This document shows, piece by piece, positions 52,356-64,000 of a stretch of DNA of 64,000 bases. The notes beneath the pieces are model-generated. The model saw only the letters and a list, made by a program, of their open reading frames with translations. It was not told the DNA's origin and did not search any database. The position numbers were made by a program, and so were the translations under genes. The DNA lies in NCBI GenBank assembly GCA_951406725.2, contig OX597822.1:2604001-2668000 (forward strand), given 5' to 3'. The stretch comes from Octopus vulgaris (taxonomy: Eukaryota). Positions within the stretch are counted from its first letter, which is position 1. Every line of letters starts with the position of its first letter.

Positions 52356-53823
52356 ACGTAGGGTGTAGTAACGATTCGAGAGGCTCCGTTGATTTATTGC
52401 GAATACATTTTATGAACCCCTACAAGAAAAATGTCAAAGTGGCTTCTGAAAGACTTGAAATTTAAAAAATAGGGTGTTATAACTGATTGCGGTGAGGAGT
52501 TTTGTCTGACGTCGTATCGGGTCTGCCAATGTCAATACCATTGCCCTTCACAGCCATTTTGACAAGCCGAATCCACCATGTCACTATTATTTTTGAATGA
52601 CCCTCTTCCGGTTAGCCATTCCGCCACTCCATGTTTTCCAAAATATATAAAATGTCGCCGTTTTCAGAGTCGTAAACTATTCATTATAGCGATCATCGGA
52701 CTTGAGAAGTATTCTTGTTTCTTTAATTTTAGTTGAGAGGGAAGTAATTGGTTAGAGGGAGGGCTGAAGAAATTCTCTACCTGAAGAAGTAACCCGAATG
52801 CTTCCTTTACATTATACTTTGCTAAAGATTCCAGATAATGGTATTTAACCGAGAGACAGATTAAGTTTACCATCTGAGAAGTCCTTAAAACCAAAAGGTT
52901 GAGTCTAATACTGCAAAGCACCCGATCTGCCTTTCTCCTAGTTTGTGAGAATGAAAAGGAAAGATCTTCTCTGACGGGTTGACTTGGACTGGGAAATGTA
53001 AGGAGACGTGTCTAAGTGCCATCTAAATTCTACGTCTACAACTAATTAACTTTGATTTTTACAAAAATAATTAATATTTTATTAATGAAATTGTAAAGAC
53101 AAGATCAATAAATGTATTAAATATTTGATGAATTAAACAATGTTTTAAATTATAGACAGGACCAGTGGAAATACCGCGTTTTATAAATTCGCTTATTCAT
53201 ATCTGGATACCTAAATTTATCTTAATAACATCAAAGCTATTAATGATAAGGAATAAAAGCCTATTGAGTTTATCGAAATTCTAGGATTTCATGTATATAC
53301 ACTCTGGATAGGCCAGTTACTCTAGAATTTGTCCTGAAGCAACATCTCTTATTTACTTGTTATGCTAAATACACAGTAAATAACAGACGGAGGCGACAAT
53401 TCGACCTAGCGACAACCACCGTGTGTGCCAGCTGGATTTCGGGCTTTTTGAGGTATAACTGGTTAGGATTTAGATAAACTGTACAGATATTTAGCAGCTC
53501 TGCTGATGTGGTTTTAACCAAACTATTTAAACGTAATTACATACACCACTAACTTAGTTCTTTAGGTTACGGTTTTGTTGGGTTGAGAAACTCTCCGCAC
53601 AGAACGACTTTCATAAGTCTTTCTTCGGGTTTATACTTTTTCCACTTTTTAATAGTTTCAACTACTATGGATAAACGTTCAAAAAGATGTCGTGACCTTG
53701 TCAAAGAGTAAGATCTGAACACAATTTGCGACAAGTTAGGATAACAGTATAGATATTTTTGTTAGCAAAACCGTAACAAGAAATTGATTTGACTGTGTGT
53801 GTGCGCATGCATATATATATATA

Positions 53824-54180
53824 AATTAAATTAGAGATAAGACCACTATTAGGCAACTCAAACAGTGATAGACATTTATATTTATAAATTATTATATTTT
53901 TATATTTTATAAAGATTATTATATTTTTATATTTTATAAAAATATAATAATTCATAAATATAAATTTAAAAATTTCAAATTTTAATAATTTAAATTTTAA
54001 ATTTTATATTTTATATATATACTGCATATTATATTATTTATTTTTTTATGTTTTGGTTTATGTCTATCACTGTTTGAGTTGCTTAATAGTGGTCTTATCT
54101 CTAATTTAATTCATATTTATACTGTGAAATTTGATTTAATCCTAAATTTAATTTTTCCCTGTAAGTTTGGATTCACTCCC

Positions 54181-54190
<10 letters not shown>
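53824..54190. repeat. 52-bp inverted repeat around an AT-rich spacer with unpaired tail
   Basis: 53824-53875 is the reverse complement of 54060-54111 (one mismatch), flanked by (TA)n. Confidence 0.85.
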
Positions 54191-54230
<40 letters not shown>

Positions 54231-54232
<2 letters not shown>

Positions 54233-54473
54233 ATTGGCCAAAAGTCACCCGAGAGTAAATCTAAACCATTTAATTCCAAGATTAAAACAGAAATATATTT
54301 GATCTGAGACTTCTATAATAGATAATAAACAGACAAATGTTGGAAAAAAAACGGTGATGTTAACCCACAGCATTCAATTATTAAACATTCATAGCTGGAA
54401 TGAATAAATAAAATTGAATATTAAGTATTTATGGAAATTCTATTTACTGTCGGGTGACTTTTGGCCAAACCTG
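54231..54473. mobile_element. Tc1/mariner-type MITE, same family as 15373-15585
   Basis: TTGGCCAAAAGTCACCCGAGAGTAAAT / ATTTACTGTCGGGTGACTTTTGGCCAA. Confidence 0.8.
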
Positions 54474-54477
54474 TTGT

Positions 54478-54516
<39 letters not shown>

Positions 54517-54530
54517 CTACTTAGATATGA

Positions 54531-54745
54531 AGGTGACGAACTAAAAAAGTCGTTAGCACTCTGGACAAAGTCCTAACGACTTTTTGTCCGTCTTGGTTCT
54601 GATTACAAATCCCACCAAGTTTGACTTTGCCTTTCCACCTTTTGTGGTCTAAGAAATAAGTACTAGCTGAGGAATGCAGGTAATGCAATCGACTCGGCTC
54701 CTGCCTCTAAATTCCTGGCCTTACGTCAACATCTGAAACCATTAT
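54531..54745 (+). mobile_element. SINE family B monomer, highly diverged
   Basis: TTGACTTTGCCTTTCCACCTTTTGTGGTC..AAATAAGTAC and AAATTCCTGGCCTT tail. Confidence 0.6.
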
Positions 54746-55017
54746 TTTAATTATTCATATATTTGTTTATTTTCTATTATTTTAGGAGTGTATTGTAGCG
54801 TAATGTGACTAGAACCAAACCACTCCAATATATTCGAATGGCTGTGTACCACTTATGTACATTTAGGCGTGGTCAGACCAATATTCTTAGATTTTTGGCT
54901 ATGCTAGGAGTCCAAAAGTTAGTTTAAAGTTTACTAACAGATTATTATAACGAAAATCGTGGGGTTGTATTTCTTATAATAGATTGTACTCTAATTACCT
55001 TTGCTTGGCATCTAAAG

Positions 55018-55349
55018 TAGTGATTTTCAACCGGGGTCCATATGATTCTGTTTTGTGAGAGGGTAGGGTCCATGCAAGCAAAATAGTGAATTGAGGATCC
55101 ACAGTAATATATTAAGAATCCATAAAAAAAGTTTGGTATAGATATATTTGTTGCAAGAAACAACTAGATTTCTTTCAAATATTTTACATAGTTCGATCTA
55201 CGCAAGTTAATGTGTGAAAAACAAAATAGGTATTTTGAAAGAAGTATCTATAGAACTAGTTTTAAAACATGAAGAGGCTTTGGGGGTGCACCAGAAAATA
55301 ATAGTAATGAAAGGTAGTCGAGATAAGAAAAAATGGTCGAGAATTCCTG
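55018..55349. mobile_element. possible hAT-type MITE
   Basis: Imperfect TIRs TAGTGATTTTCAACC / GGTCGAGAATTCCTG. The 8-bp TSD is not preserved. Confidence 0.45.
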
Positions 55350-57535
55350 GTCAATTTTCTAAAAGTTTGTTTTGATTCTAAATAAGGTAAAGTGAAGTTA
55401 CTTAAATTTAATGGGTTGAGGTTTGCTCCATTTCGATCTCATTTTAGTATTGTAGTTACTATTAGAATTGAATAAAAAGAAGAAAAAAAGAATGTTGTAT
55501 GAACAGGACAGCAGAAATACAAATAGGTGTAGTGATGCAGAAAATAATGGCTAGCCTCACCTGTCCAGTCACACCTTAATGAAGTTCAATGCCAAAAAGG
55601 CAGTTTGGACCTAGCTACTTGACAATACACCTTTAAATTAATGAAAAATAAATGATAATGTATCAATAAAAAGTTCCACTTCCTCACATAGTTCGTACAA
55701 TACCTACCCAGACACACCTAACATTAACCGAACAATACAGAAATACCAGATTAGATTTGTATCTACAGTCGTGAAAAACCCAGTGAAGAGGTACGCTCAG
55801 GCTAGGCTGTAAACTTTGATATAATATACACCGTTGGTGGCTGCGCAGCAAAAGTCCCCAGTCTCACGTGTTTGATATCATACTATATAACATTACACAC
55901 ACACAAACACACACACATATATCCACTCTACATAGTGTATCGAGTTCTATACCAGATAACATTTGTACTAAGTAAATATAAACTATATATTAATATATTT
56001 TACACCTGTTATACACACTCTCGCTTTCTCCCTCTCTCTCTTTATCTCTCTCTCTCTCTCACACACACACACAGGGTTATAGATAGATAGACAAATATAC
56101 ATACATATATACATATATAGATGTATACAAACACATATACATATGTATATGCATATACATATAAATAACATACACATATATATATATATATATCTATATA
56201 TATATACAACACAGATATATGTATAATATACATAAGTATTCATATGTGTATGTATTACATGCGTATATATGTATGAATATTGATATACAATTAACTCTTG
56301 GATAAGGAACGTCGATGGTATTGAATGCTTTTCCATTAATTTGACATTGAATAAATCATGTCAACGAAGAAATTGCAAACGAAAATTGTGAACTGAAATA
56401 TAAGGAAGCTAAAGGTTAGTAAAGCCCCCACGCAACATTTGAGTTTGTTTGTGTGTGGATGTGTGAAAAATGTAAAGCTATGTTAAATTATTTCTGTTTG
56501 TTCCTTCTATTGTTTTAGTGAGGTGTTAAACACAGAATAAAGAAAGACATTATAACACACACAGAGTCTAGAATTTGATGCAACAAAATAAAGCGAGTAG
56601 TTGCTGCGCTATTGTGGTTTTGTTATTTCCTTTGAAACAGAACCAGTGGAATAATTTTCGAGGAAATAATTTAGCTTTTGAAGAAAATCAGTGTTGTGAT
56701 TTAGATTTAAAAAGAAATACTCACTATAGTGAGAACAAAGCCTGCAGGAAAACAACATTTCCTTACAAATACAGAAGCGATTGTTTCTAAGAGGGAAAAA
56801 AAAACTGAGGTTAAATTAAGCGATCTAAGTGCAGATCATGGTTTTAATAAAGTCTACAAAGTGTTCGAGTTGAAAAAATAATAAATAAATAAATAAATAC
56901 GTAGATAAATGAATAAAAGCTAAAAAAGCATCAGTGGCCAAAGGTTTATTCTCAGGGTTATATATAATCACTGTTCGCATATATATGAAAGATGGAAAAT
57001 ATCTTACTTCACTTGCTACAAGAAAAAGAACCTGGTGATTCAGTGACGCATTTATTGGTTAAATGAGTATAAATCACTTAATGGGAAGTTAGGGCACGAT
57101 CCTATGTATACCAGCGCTGATAGGAGATAAAGCTGATAGAATTTAAAGACAGCAGTGATTATATCGAATCATTTTATAAAAAAACTTTCGGATTTTAGAT
57201 ATTTGCGGTGCTGTGTGGTAATAGGGAGCTACCGGCCCTAAACTTGCCGATCTTTGTAAGTTTGTTCTCAGTAGATTTATAACAGCGAGGAGACCGGCCT
57301 CATTCGGAAAAAGTTGCCAAGGAGGACCTACCGCATATGGCAGGGCAGCAGATTGTTTGCATTTAACCATACTGATATATGCTAATGCTTCGTATGATTT
57401 GAAGCTGAAGACACTTCTAGTACAGCATACAGAAGTATACAGAACCTTTACGAACGTCAACAAGAACTGGTTTACTTTTCAGTAAGCTTTTAACTCAAAG
57501 CTCTAGTATATTATACTTACTGCCTGCTACACATA

Positions 57536-57737
57536 CGAAGCGGTGCTGAAAGGGTTTTGGCTTTAGTGGTACCGCGAAAGGCCTGTTTGGAGACCCAACC
57601 TTCCGAGTTCTTTTACAGGGCTTAGAAAACGGAAGACCCACTGTAATAAATGTGTGAATATGTTGAATAGAATCATAATTAACTGATCCATCTGTATTTT
57701 CTTTTACTCAAAGCTAGGAACTTTTCAGCACACCCTC
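57536..57737 (+). mobile_element. mariner-derived MITE
   Basis: Imperfect TIRs TA-CGAAGCGGTGCTGAAAGGGTTTTGGCTTT / AAAGCTAGGAACTTTTCAGCACACCCTC. A second copy lies at 39258. Confidence 0.7.
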
Positions 57738-59659
57738 ATCAATGCGGTATGTGATCTACTTGATTGAGAAGAATCTGCCAAAAAACGTTTTGTCCAGGAG
57801 ACGATTCTAACTTCACGGACTAAATATGACAAGAGTTTGATTTTCTTCAAAATCCATATCCTAAGTTCCAATGCCAGTCGTCTCTACTGTCTGTGAACCG
57901 ACAAGTTACAGAACATTTTAAAAATCTACATACAAAACATCCTGTTTTGAGTTCAAAGTAATTTGTTTTGAAGTGACTTAGCATGGTCATATCAAATGAG
58001 TTTGAAGTATGTTTAATCGAGGTCATGTGAAGAGCTCTGTTTACCCTTAGAGTGGATTGTGGCTTCATTTTGCCTCTTTAATAGGTTTTGAAATGTTTGA
58101 GACAGAACATGGAAATATATAGATTATACGTTTAGACAAATTTATGGGTTCGGAGTTGAGAGAAGTGAACACAGAAACGAAGCATAAAAGAGAGATGTAT
58201 CCATCCACGTCTCGAAGGAGCTAGAAGTATGAACTCTGAAGTAGATGAGGAGGAAAAGTATGAAGGGAAGGCAGAAGCGGGAGAGGAGGAGGTGATGGAC
58301 ACGGAGGAGGAAGAAAGCAAAAATAAAGAGGCACATCTCGACAAAATCTAAAGAATATATATTTTTGTCCCACCAATGTGCTCACACTTTGTGAGAACAA
58401 CTCAGACAATATGATTTACTTTTTAAAAAAATTTCGCAATAATTTTGGACATTCCAGAGGAAGACGTTGCGCCAAAATATTCTGGTTAATTTCCTTAATA
58501 AGAAAAAAAAAACCTCAAAAATTTCTGTTTGTTCTTCTCCTCAAAGAGGTGTTCTAAACGGTCCTATTGATGGAGAAAGCATTTGTAAGAGATTTAGAAG
58601 AGATGATATCTTCCCCATCACCCTGCTTCTGTTCAATTTGGTTAAACATCCTGACAAAAATAAACTCAGACCGTATTATTTACAATTGGTGGCTTATAAC
58701 TTTTCATTCTCCATTTTTGCAATATAATTCTTTAAATTTTATTATGTACGAATTACGCGTGAATGCGCATGTGTAGAATCCTGACATCTTTAAAACAATT
58801 TTAAATTATTTGATTTTTAACGATGTGTATCAATTTAATATATTACAGAGTTTGAGACTAACCAGCAATTTAATTAAAAGAGTACTTTATAACTTTTTAA
58901 AAGTCGTAATTCCTTATTTTACTCTTTAAAATGTCATTTACATTATTTACTTGTAATAACAATTGTCATCTTTATGGATGTATATTTAAATATACGTTAA
59001 CTTTCAGATATTTTCGGAAGAACCACATTTGAAAGGATCTAAGGCAGTTTTTATTTACAATCTTTCTTTCTATCTTTTAATATATTATTTATTATAGTAT
59101 TATAGTTTTATAAAGATGAGTGTATTATATGAGTTTACTTTCTTTTTAGAACGTTTGGAATTTATTTACTTAAAAATTGATGAGCATTTCGAAGAGATAT
59201 TTCTAAATAAACAGGAGTTAATTAATCTATCAATAAATTTTGTAGCAACGAATGATGATCTGCAATGAATTAGGGCATCCTTTGTTAGGAGAGGGTTACT
59301 CAGGTAACTGGGATAACTCCGACATAAAACTTGCGGCTCAGTGGTTACCGATGATGTTGACTTGTTCCTCTTTTCGGATTATGGCTGCTGTTGCTTAGTG
59401 AGTGGGATTGACTCAGTGCACAGCCTTTCCTAAATTTAAAAGAATCTTCTTGCACAGGCATTGCACGATAACAACATTGATTAAGCTACGTGCAATGGCC
59501 ATACTCGATAACGAGGGAGCAACCACCATATATGTATGTATATATGTATGTATGCATATATGTATGTATGCATATATATAAATAAATATATATAAATAAA
59601 TATATATATGTAGATATATGCATATATGTATATATATGTACGTAATACACACACATACA

Positions 59660-59991
59660 TACATACATATATACAAACACACACACACACATACATACAT
59701 ATATACAAACACACACACACACACACATACATATATACAAACAGACACACACACACACATACATATATACAAACACACACACACACACACATACATATAT
59801 ACAAACACACACACACACACACATACATATATACAAACACACACACACACACACACACATATATACAAACACACACACACACACACACACATAACAAACA
59901 CACACACACACACACACACATATACAAACACACACACACACACACACACATATATACAAACACACACACACACACACACACATATATACAA

Positions 59992-60073
<82 letters not shown>

Positions 60074-60083
60074 GGAGAGAGAG

Positions 60084-60139
<56 letters not shown>

Positions 60140-60145
60140 GGATAG
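59660..60145. repeat. ~32-bp minisatellite built from (CA)n, then (TA)n and (GATA)n
   Basis: Repeating TATATACAAA(CA)nTACA units. Confidence 0.9.
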
Positions 60146-60147
60146 AT

Positions 60148-60359
60148 GCTCTTTTACTTGCTTCAGTTATTTGACTGTGGCCATGCTGGTGCACAACCTT
60201 TAGTCGAGCAAATCGACCCCAGGACTTATTCTTTGTAAGCCTAGTACTTCTTCTATCGGTCTCTTTTGTCGAACTGCTAAGTTACGGGGACGTAAACACA
60301 CAACCATCGGTTGTCAAGCGATGTTGGGGGGGGGGACAAACACAGACACACAAACATAT

Positions 60360-60395
<36 letters not shown>

Positions 60396-60554
60396 ATATA
60401 TACATACATATATACGACGGGCCTCTTTCAGTTTCCGTCTACCAAATCCACTCACAAGGTTTTGGTTGGTCCGAGACTATAGTAGAAAACACTTGTCCAA
60501 GGTGCCACGCAGTGGGACTGAACCCGAAACATGTGGTTCGTAAGCAAGCTACTT
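60148..60554 (-). mobile_element. SINE family A lacking its first ~22 nt (head interrupted by the LINE 3' end)
   Basis: The match stops at GCAAGCTACTT (60554), where LINE sequence begins. Confidence 0.85.
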
Positions 60555-63500
60555 TATTTCATATAATTTGCCATTTAGGCATTTACAAAGAGGGGACAAA
60601 CAAGGGCAGACAAATATAAAGGGTGAAGTAGCTTAACACAGTTACAATTTTCGAATGAAATTACGGATAAGATTATAAACAATGAATTTTACGAAGGCAA
60701 TGTTTAAAAATATTAATGATCATGTCGAAGGACGGACACCCAGCCATCCGGGTAGAACCTTTACTTTCTGATCCGGTCACACTTACCTGGTGCCAAACAT
60801 ACCCATCTTGTATGCCACAGGCTTCCATCTTTTCACAAACATATCTCGTGACAGACACCTCTTCTCCAGCCTGATTTTGCTACTGAGGTGGTAACTAAAA
60901 AAGTTAATCAACCCCTGGCCGGAGACAAAGGTGCCTGTCACTATACCTTTCGTACGCGTCTTCCATACTGTTTCTTTCAGTATGGCTACTACACAGAAAA
61001 AACAAGCCTTTCTTTCCCTGTTAAGGAAAGGGGCGGCACAATCTCGATGATAGACTCAGCTGATAGCTGTACTCTTCCCATCACTGACAACAGTTGTTCA
61101 ACAAAAGATATCAGACCTGATAACTCCGGACACTCCACGAATGCGTGCAAGACGGTCTCCCTATCCTGCTCACATCGCGGGCATGTCGGCGAACAGGTAA
61201 AGCCGCACGGAAACACTGCCAGGCCCGGGATTTCTGGTAATTATCCAGATACCCCGGCCCGAACGTCCTCCGGAACAGGTTGACCAACTGATTTTCATCG
61301 TAGCCCAGGGTCTCCCCCAAGGCGACTTCGGACTTAATCTCCACTAACCCGCTATAGAAATCCGTGGTGGAACTCCTGTTGCCGGCGTTGCCCACCCGAG
61401 ATAGTAGCTGGAGAGCCTGACGGCACTCCAAATGCCATTCACTCAGTTTAGGTCTCCGCTTGATCCATGCACCGATGTCCGTTAGGGATGTTAACTGGGG
61501 AAGGTAGAACCGGACGTGCGGTGACCACACCTGCTCTCCATCCAGGTAAAGCCAGAGGTGCCTCAACCTTAACGCAAGTTTTCGCATCCTCAGCCAAGGC
61601 ATCCCTAGCCCACCCTTTAGCGGTTTCTGGCAGCAGACAGAGCGCTTTACAAGTGGCTTTCCTCCTTTCCACAAAAATCGGAAAAGGATTCTCTCCAACT
61701 TGTTCAGCCACAAATCGGGGCAAAGCACCACGGTCAGACGGTAGGTGATTACTGATGCTATAAACATCTGCACCACCTCCGCCTTCCCTAGCAGGGATAA
61801 CGCCCGCCCAGACCAGGTCTGGGTTAGAGCGGTCACCTTGTTGGCCACCTCACTCCAATTTTTTCAATCTGGAGGTCTGGCCCGAACCAGACTCCGAGCA
61901 GCTTAACAGGACCTTCCGTCCAACGCCCTACGACGTTATTGGACGGCATCGGCTTGCCCCTCCAGGTGCCGAGTTGGAAACCGACCGACTTGTCCTTGTT
62001 AACCTTTGCTCCTGCCACCGCCTCGTAGCTTTTGATGGCCTCTTCTACCACTGGAAGCTGGCCTTCGTCTGCCACGATGAATGAGGTGTCATCCGCATAC
62101 GCCGTAGCTCCTCTTCCACACCATAGGTCATGCGGCGCGCCCACTAGTGCCTCCAATTTCCGCAGCAAAGGCTCAAGAGCCAATACGTATAGGAGCGAGG
62201 ACAGGGGACACCCTTGACGAACTGAACGCTCGATCCTGAACGGCTTCGAAAAGGAACCGTTCACCTTGACTACAGACTCGATGTCGCTATACAAAGCAGC
62301 GATCCAACCTCGAAAGGTCGGGCCTAGGCCAGCCTCTCCGAGGACCGCCGCCAGGTACCGATGGTCGACCCTATCAAATGCTTTGGACTGGTCTAAATGT
62401 ACCAGTGCTCCCCCTGCGCCAGAAAGCTTCCCCACCCTCTCTAAGGAGTAGCGTATAAGGTGGAGATTGTCGTGGATCGTTCTGCCGGGGATAGCGCACG
62501 TTTGCGCTTCCCCGACAAGTTTGTCCACGACCCGCGCCAACCTTTTTGCTAGCACCTTGGCCAGAATCTTAAACTCTGTGTTTAACAGAGTTATGGGCCT
62601 GAAGTTCCCTATCTCGTCCCCCTTGTTCGGGTCCTTCCTGATCAACGTCACCGCCCCCCGGCTCGCAGACTTGGGAATTCTCCCATTCTGCTGCCAGTTG
62701 GCGTAGACGCTAGCCAGCAGGTGCCCGAACAAGTCTGGCATACTTCTATAAAATTCATAGGGCAGACCATCGAGACTCGGCGACTTCTCCCCGGGGCACT
62801 TGCCCAACCCCTCGATTACTTACTCGGCTGTGATTGACCCTTCACAGCACTCAGCCTCTCGTGTCGAGAGGCGCGGGCCACCAGACAGGAAGTCCCTAAG
62901 GGCCTCACCATGATCCAGCGTCCCGCACCTCCCGAACAACTCGGCGAAGTGCTTGTAAAGTGCCTCACACATCTCGTCCCGCTTCTTGATCGTGCATCCG
63001 TTTTCATCAACAAGAGACCCAATTGTGGAATCGTTTCCACGCTGTGTTTCTATCGTACGGGCCCATCCGGCAACATTAATTCCCTCACGGCCCAATGCTC
63101 GTACTTTAGCCCGGACTCTACATCCCTCATGTTTGGTTTTGAGGTGACGGTCTAATGCCGTTCTCGCCGCTAAAATGTGAGATGCAGAGCCCAACCTCAA
63201 CGCCTCCTCTAAGTTCTTAACTAGTTGCCCTTCTATTCTAACCCTATCTAGTCTTAGTTGTTTACTAAATCTAATGGACTCGAATCGAATGGCTCTTTTG
63301 AGGGTGAACCACCACCTGTTATTAACCACGGCTCCGGTTAACGCCCTCTGCACTAACACCTTAATGCGGCTACGGTATACCTCGCGTGTCAAAATAGACT
63401 TGTTCAGCTTCCAGTAGCCGGTTCCTATCTTAAGTGTGCTATCTATGTCCAGTCTACACGTGACCATTCTATGGTCAGTATAGGGCACCTGGACGAGCAG

Positions 63501-64000
63501 TGGACAACTAAAACTAGACTTATCTCTAGTTCTTATCACTATCCTGTCTAGATAAGACTTGAACCTTCCGTTGCCACTCATCCAGGTCCACTCTGGGACG
63601 TTCGGATGGTCAAGTCTGTAACGATCTGCCAGCTGAAACCGCTTAAGCAGATCCACGAGACGTGAGTTCACTTTCCTATAGATCGAGCCAACGCTATCGA
63701 TGTGTACGTCAACGATAGCATTAAAGTCCCCTAATATCATTAAAGTCTTCGACGTCACGAGAAAGCCCTCTAGGCGCCGATAAAAATCAGTTTGGAAACC
63801 TCTAGCACAAGGTGCATAGAGTCCGATCAACCTGAAGGCCTTACTGCTCTATGTCACATCAAGGACGACCAGCCCACCTTCTGGGTCTACATAGACTGTA
63901 CTTGTCTGTAGAGCGAAGTCTTTACGGATCAGTACCACTACGCCCCCTCGCCCTCCGGTCTGGCCAGGAGACATGATTTTCTCGTAGCCATTCAGGAGAG
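60555..64000 (-). mobile_element. Tx1/L1-clade LINE: ORF2 (APE-RT-CCHC) with frameshifts plus 3' UTR, running off the window
   Basis: APE motifs IGLYAP, ILGDFN, SYLDRI, TDH and GYWKLN. RT motifs SPSLDGLPYEFY, FRPITLLNTEFKILAK, LDQSKAFDRVDH, SVRQGCPLS and AYADD. Then LSLLGKA, GGLGMP and CPRC..ETVLHAFVEC. Breaks near 63830, 62815, 61850 and 61200. Confidence 0.95.

Noticed and set aside
58136-58351. Acidic peptide MNSEVDEEEKYEGK… after a TTTAG
   Set aside because: In-frame stops upstream, low complexity and no family motif.
61833-62807. Intact reverse transcriptase as a domesticated gene or retron-like system
   Set aside because: It is one segment of a frameshifted Tx1 ORF2, contiguous with the APE and C-terminal pieces.

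Overview
AT-rich, microsatellite-saturated eukaryotic non-genic DNA. The repeat content suggests an octopod cephalopod (inference from recalled SINE families, not a database result). No host protein-coding exon can be supported, and almost all listed ORFs are translations of simple repeats. The window is a mosaic of transposable elements. It holds three tRNA-derived SINE families (here called A, B and C), a (TAA)n-anchored non-coding retroposon (D), and decayed non-LTR retrotransposons: Tx1/L1 at 60.6-64 kb, HERO-like at 45.5-47.4 kb, R4/Dong-like at 35-36 kb, an RTE 3' end and a Penelope-like fragment. It also holds mariner, pogo and hAT remnants and MITEs, and a non-autonomous Helitron. Three signals stand out. 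(1) A 362-bp tandem-unit element carries a type I hammerhead ribozyme with a compensated U3-A8 core and covarying stems (retrozyme-like), one of several hammerhead-like motifs, including one inside a 448-bp near-perfect palindrome. (2) SINE B forms head-less ~185-bp tandem arrays whose unit tail matches the 3' end of the Tx1 LINE in the same window, and that LINE is itself joined into a SINE tRNA-like head. (3) SINE C copies show head, body and tail shuffling. Coordinates were read by eye and may be off by a few bases.
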